Positions 5,964 to 11,031 of a stretch of DNA of 11,031 nucleotides are shown piece by piece. This DNA is from Deltaproteobacteria bacterium TL4 (GTDB lineage Bacteria > SAR324 > NAC60-12), in NCBI GenBank assembly GCA_051382335.1, contig JBBCAX010000113.1, forward strand, positions 1 to 11,031, given 5' to 3'. The translations under genes were made by a program, and so were the position numbers. The stretch's first letter is position 1. Every line of letters begins with the position of its first letter. The notes under the pieces were generated by a model. It searched no databases. It saw only the letters and a list, made by a program, of their open reading frames with translations, and was not told the DNA's origin.

Positions 5964-8537
5964 TCAGAATTCAAATCCTGTCAATTCATGATACATCTGT
6001 TGTCCTTCTATGACGAGAGGATGTTTGTCTCCTAAGAGAGAGTAGACTTCTTCCAGTAAAAGTTCCAGGCGATCATCGCAAAGTTCCATGCCCATGATCC
6101 CTTTATAGGACTGAGCCACTTTACGAGGTGTGAGCGTTACTGCTTTTCCTTTGCTCGGAGGTTCCAGGGTCATCCCTTCTAAACTACCAATCGCTTCAAA
6201 AATCGGCCGGACTTTGACAATATATTGCGTAATGATGAGGGACTGAATACTATACTCTATATCACTTTTGTTTAGAAGTTTAAGCATTTCAGGCGATTCT
6301 GCCACTTGTCGAAACTTCGCCACAATTTCTTTCCCTCTCACATCCAGCGCCTCTTCAATTTGAGGTATAAAATAGGGAAGAATTTTTTTAATATTGTCTG
6401 CAGACACGGGGACGTTTGCCAAAGGCAGCAATTTGTTATAGTCCGTAGGCATGCGTCGAAGCGCTTTAACAAATGATTGACGAAACTTTTGCTGATGACT
6501 CGGCTCAATCATCATAATTCCCCATTCAATGAGTCTTAGAAATAAAGGAGGAGGAACGGCCGCTTCAAAAATTTCTTTAAACAATTGACGAAAAATTTCA
6601 ATAAGTTGACGATCTGCGCCCGGAATATCTTTATTAATTTTTTTCCAGCTCAAGCCTTCAAAATAAAAAGGATTTTTTCTTAAAATATCTTGAAAAATAT
6701 GAAACAGGGATGCGGGCTGATTTTGAAGTGATAATTCTCTTAAACGGTCTTCGGGATACTGTTGATACAAATCATGGACTAATTGATATTTTTGAGCACA
6801 TAAATCAACAACACATTCTCGTTCCGCTATGGGAGCATCCACCTCCTTAAGTTCAACTAACTCCTCTGAATTCAATTGATACTCTTCCCCATACGTTTTA
6901 ATGGTTTCCATTAAGCTGAAAATCTTCGTATCAATGTTGATACTGGCCTCAATATCAGCCTGACATCGTGGAAGAAATTCTCTGGGTGATTCTGGTTTCA
7001 AACCTACAGCTTTGGGATCCTTTAATAAACTCCTTCGGTACATATCCAGTTTTTGCATGAACATCTGCTGAGTTTCTTGAAACAGCAACTTTTGTTCACC
7101 TAACTGAGTCAAGGCTTCTTGTCCACTTAATTTACTGTCCGTCAGCTTTTCAAACACATGAACCGCTTGATCTAAGCGGTTTTTCAATTTACCAAATTCC
7201 TGAGCAAGTGCCCCCTGGGCTCCAGGTTGTGCCGTGGATTGGGAGGACTTCTCATGGGATTTAATTACTTCTTTAAAATGGGATTTGGCAACTTCCGGAG
7301 TCGTTTGTTGCTCAACAGGTATTTCAACAGCAGGCATTTGACTCAGAGGTATCTTCTCCCCTAAGCGATTGAAAAAATCCTCGACTGTTGAATTTTCAAA
7401 GTATTGCGCTAAGGACTCGGATTCCTTGAGGATCTCCTTGTTGAAGCCGCAAATATCAGGATGGACTTTCAACAATCTTAATAACTGACTGATCAGTTCA
7501 GACTCATTCGGTAAGCCTTTCACCTTTTTACGAAACGGAATTTGAATTTCTTTTTTTACTTTAAAAGTCATTAAATTGGAAACAAGTGTTGCCGCTTTTT
7601 GAGAATAACCACTCTTTAAAAACATTTCCACTTGATTGGCATCAATCCACTGAACTTGATAAAGATCTGCCAATAAATCAATCACCTGAGAACGTTGTAC
7701 CAATTCACTTTGAATGGCAGATACCTTTTTTTTTCGCAGCTCAATAAATAGTTTTTGATCCAGCAAGCGATATTCGTATAACAAGTCCAATTGACTGATC
7801 ATCATGCTGTTTTTCAGTTGTGCGTCAAACTCATCACCCGACGTTCTCATGATACTTAAATAACACAAGTAACTAAAATCACTCTGAAAGATAAGATGAA
7901 TCAATTCGCTGCCCACTTCAGCCCGACGTCCCAGCACGTGGATGTCATATAAAAGGCTTTTCATGTGTTCATTTAACTGATACTGCTCAGTTCCTCCCAA
8001 ATTATCTTGCAGCAACGCTGGTTTATTTTGCAAGACCTCAATATGATTGAGTAAAGTACTCAATCCTTGATGGTATTGTTCGTCAAACATCAGCGATTTT
8101 TCTGAGACCTGACTCATGGTTTGACGATAATCCTTCACATTGATATTTTCGAGTAAAGGCTTTACCGTTTCTTTGCTCGGATTCATTTGAAAATCGTTGA
8201 TAAAGTGACTTTCACAAAGACCATACAATTGACGGTCCGCACTGAGATGAGCAAGAACATCTTCGCCTAAAATGGCCTGGCCTGTATCCTTAAGTCTTTG
8301 CAATCTGGGTTCTTTAACACTCGGTAAAAGTTCAACCAGTTTTTTTAACTTTCTGACAGGGAGAGGGATTTCAAACTGAGCATCAGATAACTTTTTCAAG
8401 TAAAACGCACGCGTTAAATCATGCTTGAGAACATCAGCAAATTCCTGGATCAAGTCTTCCATGTCTTTAGGAGTTTTAGGATTCGCCGCAACATTATGGC
8501 AATATCGATCAAACAGGTTTTTTAATTCCTCATTCAT
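5964..8537 (-). CDS. Large hypothetical protein (~857 aa), predicted alpha-helical/coiled-coil
   Basis: Long L/E/K/Q-rich ORF with no motif I recognise and no signal peptide or obvious TM segment. Preferred start is the ATG at 8537 (MNEELK), which has SD GAGGA upstream and overlaps the TPR gene stop (ATGAATGA). The ORF track starts it at 8549. Confidence 0.8.
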   Translation of the reverse strand: MNEELKNLFDRYCHNVAANPKTPKDMEDLIQEFADVLKHDLTRAFYLKKLSDAQFEIPLPVRKLKKLVELLPSVKEPRLQRLKDTGQAILGEDVLAHLSADRQLYGLCESHFINDFQMNPSKETVKPLLENINVKDYRQTMSQVSEKSLMFDEQYHQGLSTLLNHIEVLQNKPALLQDNLGGTEQYQLNEHMKSLLYDIHVLGRRAEVGSELIHLIFQSDFSYLCYLSIMRTSGDEFDAQLKNSMMISQLDLLYEYRLLDQKLFIELRKKKVSAIQSELVQRSQVIDLLADLYQVQWIDANQVEMFLKSGYSQKAATLVSNLMTFKVKKEIQIPFRKKVKGLPNESELISQLLRLLKVHPDICGFNKEILKESESLAQYFENSTVEDFFNRLGEKIPLSQMPAVEIPVEQQTTPEVAKSHFKEVIKSHEKSSQSTAQPGAQGALAQEFGKLKNRLDQAVHVFEKLTDSKLSGQEALTQLGEQKLLFQETQQMFMQKLDMYRRSLLKDPKAVGLKPESPREFLPRCQADIEASINIDTKIFSLMETIKTYGEEYQLNSEELVELKEVDAPIAERECVVDLCAQKYQLVHDLYQQYPEDRLRELSLQNQPASLFHIFQDILRKNPFYFEGLSWKKINKDIPGADRQLIEIFRQLFKEIFEAAVPPPLFLRLIEWGIMMIEPSHQQKFRQSFVKALRRMPTDYNKLLPLANVPVSADNIKKILPYFIPQIEEALDVRGKEIVAKFRQVAESPEMLKLLNKSDIEYSIQSLIITQYIVKVRPIFEAIGSLEGMTLEPPSKGKAVTLTPRKVAQSYKGIMGMELCDDRLELLLEEVYSLLGDKHPLVIEGQQMYHELTGFEF

Positions 8538-10338
8538 GGTTTTCCTCACTGGCTTCTTCCGGCTTATCTAAGCTGTCATCCTCATATTTTCCTTCTTCCA
8601 AGTTGGCTAGACGACGACGTTCTGCTTCTTTTTTGTATTGTTTCATACGATTCTTATGTTCCACAATCTTATTATACCGATTGGTGACTTCTTCAATCAT
8701 GCCCATTTGTTTGGTTCGTCGATATAACTCCACCAACTTGAACAGAATTTCTTTCTGTGGATCAATCCGCAGCGCGTCTTCATAGGAACGAATCGCTTTA
8801 TGAAATAAATGATGAGCTTGAAAATTCATGGCTTCTTTAATTTTATTAGCGCATAGACCCAGTTGCTCCCGCTCCCGTTCTTCTTCTTCATAAAGAAAGA
8901 GTTCGTGCTTCCAATGGTAGTGTTGATCATTATTCTTTAACATTTCATAGATTCGGACACATTGCTCCATCGCTTCTTTAGTTCGTTGAAGTTCTAAACT
9001 TACTTCATAAAGCTCTACCGCCTTGGCATATTTCGTATCTCTAAACAGGAGCTCTGCTTGAGTCATCATCTTCTGATGAAGTTCAATAGACCGCTTTTTG
9101 ACCAACTCACTTTCAGGATCAAGATTTTTCATCTTGAAGAAGGTCTGTATTGCTTCTTTATACCGATCCAAATCAAGATAAGTCTTTAACATGCAGTTCA
9201 GTAACCCCATGGTTATTTGTTCGGTCGTGATGACTTCATACATCGCAAGCGCTTTTTCAAATTTTTCTTTTTCATAAAACTCATCCGCAAGCGTACGATA
9301 ATCCTCCAAAGCATAAAAGCCTTCAATCTTATCCACCAGACTTTTACCATAAAGATAATACTTTCTTGAAAGCAAAAATTCCTTCTTTTTTTGGTATAGA
9401 TATCCTAAATTGACGTTGGCATAGCGATTATAGGGGTTATTTCCCAACAAGGTCACCATCATATCAATGGCGAGATCTTTTTTTCCCCTGAGATCATGAG
9501 CCAGAATTAAAAAACATTTATACATGTCATTTTCAGGATCTTTTGAGGATAGACGGGCAAATATTTTCCAAGCGACATGAGCTAAACGATGACTAAGACA
9601 GTAGAATCCAAGAAGCCTCATGTATTCGTGACCTTTTTCGGAATTGAAATCAACTTCTTTTCTGAGATGTTGGAAAATTTCGATCGGAATAATTCGGAGT
9701 TCCCCACCTATGGTCGTCGTTCCGGTCTCAGTTTTTGTTTCCTCTTTTTTTTCCTGACTCTCATTCTCAGGCTCAGGCTCTTTACCCTCCTCGTCATCCT
9801 CCGATGAACTTTTCGCTTCTTCTGAAGGTGCGGCTGTCGCCTTGGCTTCGTTAATGACCATTTGAATTTCTAAAAGCCTTTTGGTCCCTTCCTCATGCTC
9901 AGGCAGTTTATAGGTTTGCATAGCTTCAAATTCAGAAATCGCAGAAACAGCGCTATGGTCATAATAATCAACACGAGCCATTGCCGCAGCCAGATTATAG
10001 GAGGCAAACTTGGTGTTGGGATCAATCTTCAGACAATGCTCATATAGTTTTTCCGCCTGGACATAATCCCCTGATTTGCGATAATTATTTCCAATCAGAT
10101 TCGCAAGTTCAACATCCTTATCATTTTGTTGGAGTAAGTTAGAACCAACAGCAATAACCGCTTGATAATTACCTGAAGAAGAACACACATCAAAAAGCTT
10201 TTTTAAACTGGTAGACGCATATTCTCCTCCAATTTTGATGGCTTTGTTAAACTCGAACATTGCCCGTTCGTAGAGCTTACTTTCCATCAGTTTTTCGCCC
10301 TTGGCAATCAGCTGATTAATCTCTTCTTCTTTGGTCAT
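8530..10338 (-). CDS. Tetratricopeptide repeat (TPR) protein
   Basis: 602 aa with multiple TPR-like helix pairs (LIGNNYRKSGDYVQAEKLYEHCLKIDP, ANVNLGYLY, KAIRSYEDALRIDP), an acidic linker (SSSEDDEEGKEPEPENESQE) and a charged tail. Confidence 0.88.
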   Translation of the reverse strand: MTKEEEINQLIAKGEKLMESKLYERAMFEFNKAIKIGGEYASTSLKKLFDVCSSSGNYQAVIAVGSNLLQQNDKDVELANLIGNNYRKSGDYVQAEKLYEHCLKIDPNTKFASYNLAAAMARVDYYDHSAVSAISEFEAMQTYKLPEHEEGTKRLLEIQMVINEAKATAAPSEEAKSSSEDDEEGKEPEPENESQEKKEETKTETGTTTIGGELRIIPIEIFQHLRKEVDFNSEKGHEYMRLLGFYCLSHRLAHVAWKIFARLSSKDPENDMYKCFLILAHDLRGKKDLAIDMMVTLLGNNPYNRYANVNLGYLYQKKKEFLLSRKYYLYGKSLVDKIEGFYALEDYRTLADEFYEKEKFEKALAMYEVITTEQITMGLLNCMLKTYLDLDRYKEAIQTFFKMKNLDPESELVKKRSIELHQKMMTQAELLFRDTKYAKAVELYEVSLELQRTKEAMEQCVRIYEMLKNNDQHYHWKHELFLYEEEEREREQLGLCANKIKEAMNFQAHHLFHKAIRSYEDALRIDPQKEILFKLVELYRRTKQMGMIEEVTNRYNKIVEHKNRMKQYKKEAERRRLANLEEGKYEDDSLDKPEEASEENHE

Positions 10339-10450
10339 TGCTTCCCTTTAGCAGCGCGAGTCATTACAACAATTGTTCGCCAATTTACAGGTGGACAGAA
10401 ACACAATCGTGTCATATTTTACGAATTTTCTGAATAACGTTCTTGATTAT

Positions 10451-10553
10451 TATAGTTGTCCAGATAAATTCCTGCTGAGAGCGCAGGCATCCCGCCTGCT
10501 TTTGCGGGCAAGATGCCCGCGATCCCAGGACAAAACTTTTCTGGAGAAGTATA
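10451..10553. mobile_element. TA-bounded MITE, uninterrupted sister copy (103 bp) with REP-like hairpin doublet
   Basis: Ends TATAGTTGTCCAGA...TCTGGAGAAGTATA (12/14 inverted match). Interior GCAGGC-ATCCC-GCCTGC-TTTT-GCGGGC-AAGAT-GCCCGC-GATCCCAGGACAAAAC is homologous to 3748-3828. Confidence 0.8.
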
Positions 10554-10990
10554 CCAATGTGATGATGTCTGTGGGTCTGCTGTCATGCAACAGCGTCGTG
10601 CAAAAAAAAGGCCTTCTTTTTTGGAACGGAAGAAAAAACTCAAAATTCAAGTTTTTTTGAGAGCTAAAAAATAAAAAGAATATAAAATCAGCAAACAGGA
10701 CAATCTAAAAATCGTAGCGTATTGTATCTTGGAAACGAAGGAGGGATTGGATGCGCTATTTCAGGACCACAGAAACTCAATAATTAGCAACAGTTGATCA
10801 GATCCCAATCAACTGAAAATTCAAATTAAAGAAGCTGGGTTTGAGGGGACTTCAATTCGTCACACGCTGGGCGACTTTTTTCAGTGGAACCAGTGCCAAA
10901 TTCAGTCCCCACTCTCTTTCAATCTTAACAATTCTTCATCCACACTATAAACGTTCATTTAAATAAATTCATTTGAGTCTAACCCAGACG

Positions 10991-11015
10991 GTGGAGTGCC
11001 AAAGCTTGCTTTGGC
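10991..11015 (+). repeat. GGAG-type REP-like hairpin
   Basis: GTGGAGT-GCCAAAGC-TT-GCTTTGGC: GGAG followed by a perfect 8-bp inverted repeat. Any partner copy would lie beyond the window end. Confidence 0.5.
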
Positions 11016-11031
11016 CAAATTCCAAGAAAGG

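Noticed and set aside
1078..9807. Small antisense or out-of-frame ORFs inside the major genes (e.g. 1078-1383, 1545-1772, 2561-2824, 4270-4578, 4744-5058, 8603-8785, 9589-9807)
   Set aside because: They are shadow ORFs overlapping well-supported CDSs, with no motifs of their own.
10373..10660. Three short ORFs (66-95 aa) over the second MITE
   Set aside because: They run through the repeat on both strands and are best explained as repeat-derived open frames.

Overview
AT-rich bacterial chromosomal window with six well-supported CDSs: a probable outer-membrane beta-barrel protein, a lipoprotein S41 (tail-specific) peptidase, a TIP30/YraR-like NAD(P)-binding oxidoreductase, an acetyl-CoA hydrolase/transferase-GNAT fusion, and a coupled pair made of a TPR protein and an ~857-aa helical orphan. 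The window opens with the last 43 codons of what resembles a group II intron RT/maturase, with no recognisable intron domain V/VI after it. The most striking signal is non-coding. At 3593-3828 there is a three-level nested element. A ~105-bp TATA-bounded MITE carries a REP-like hairpin doublet. A second 123-bp MITE (23-bp TIRs, perfect 8-bp TSD GTTTTGTC) has inserted into it and carries a different, GTAG-type REP doublet. An uninterrupted sister copy of the outer MITE at 10451-10553 shows the empty target site and compensatory hairpin changes. Two more REP-like hairpins of other sequence types lie at 5761-5793 and 10991-11015. All calls were made by eye; no database searches were run.
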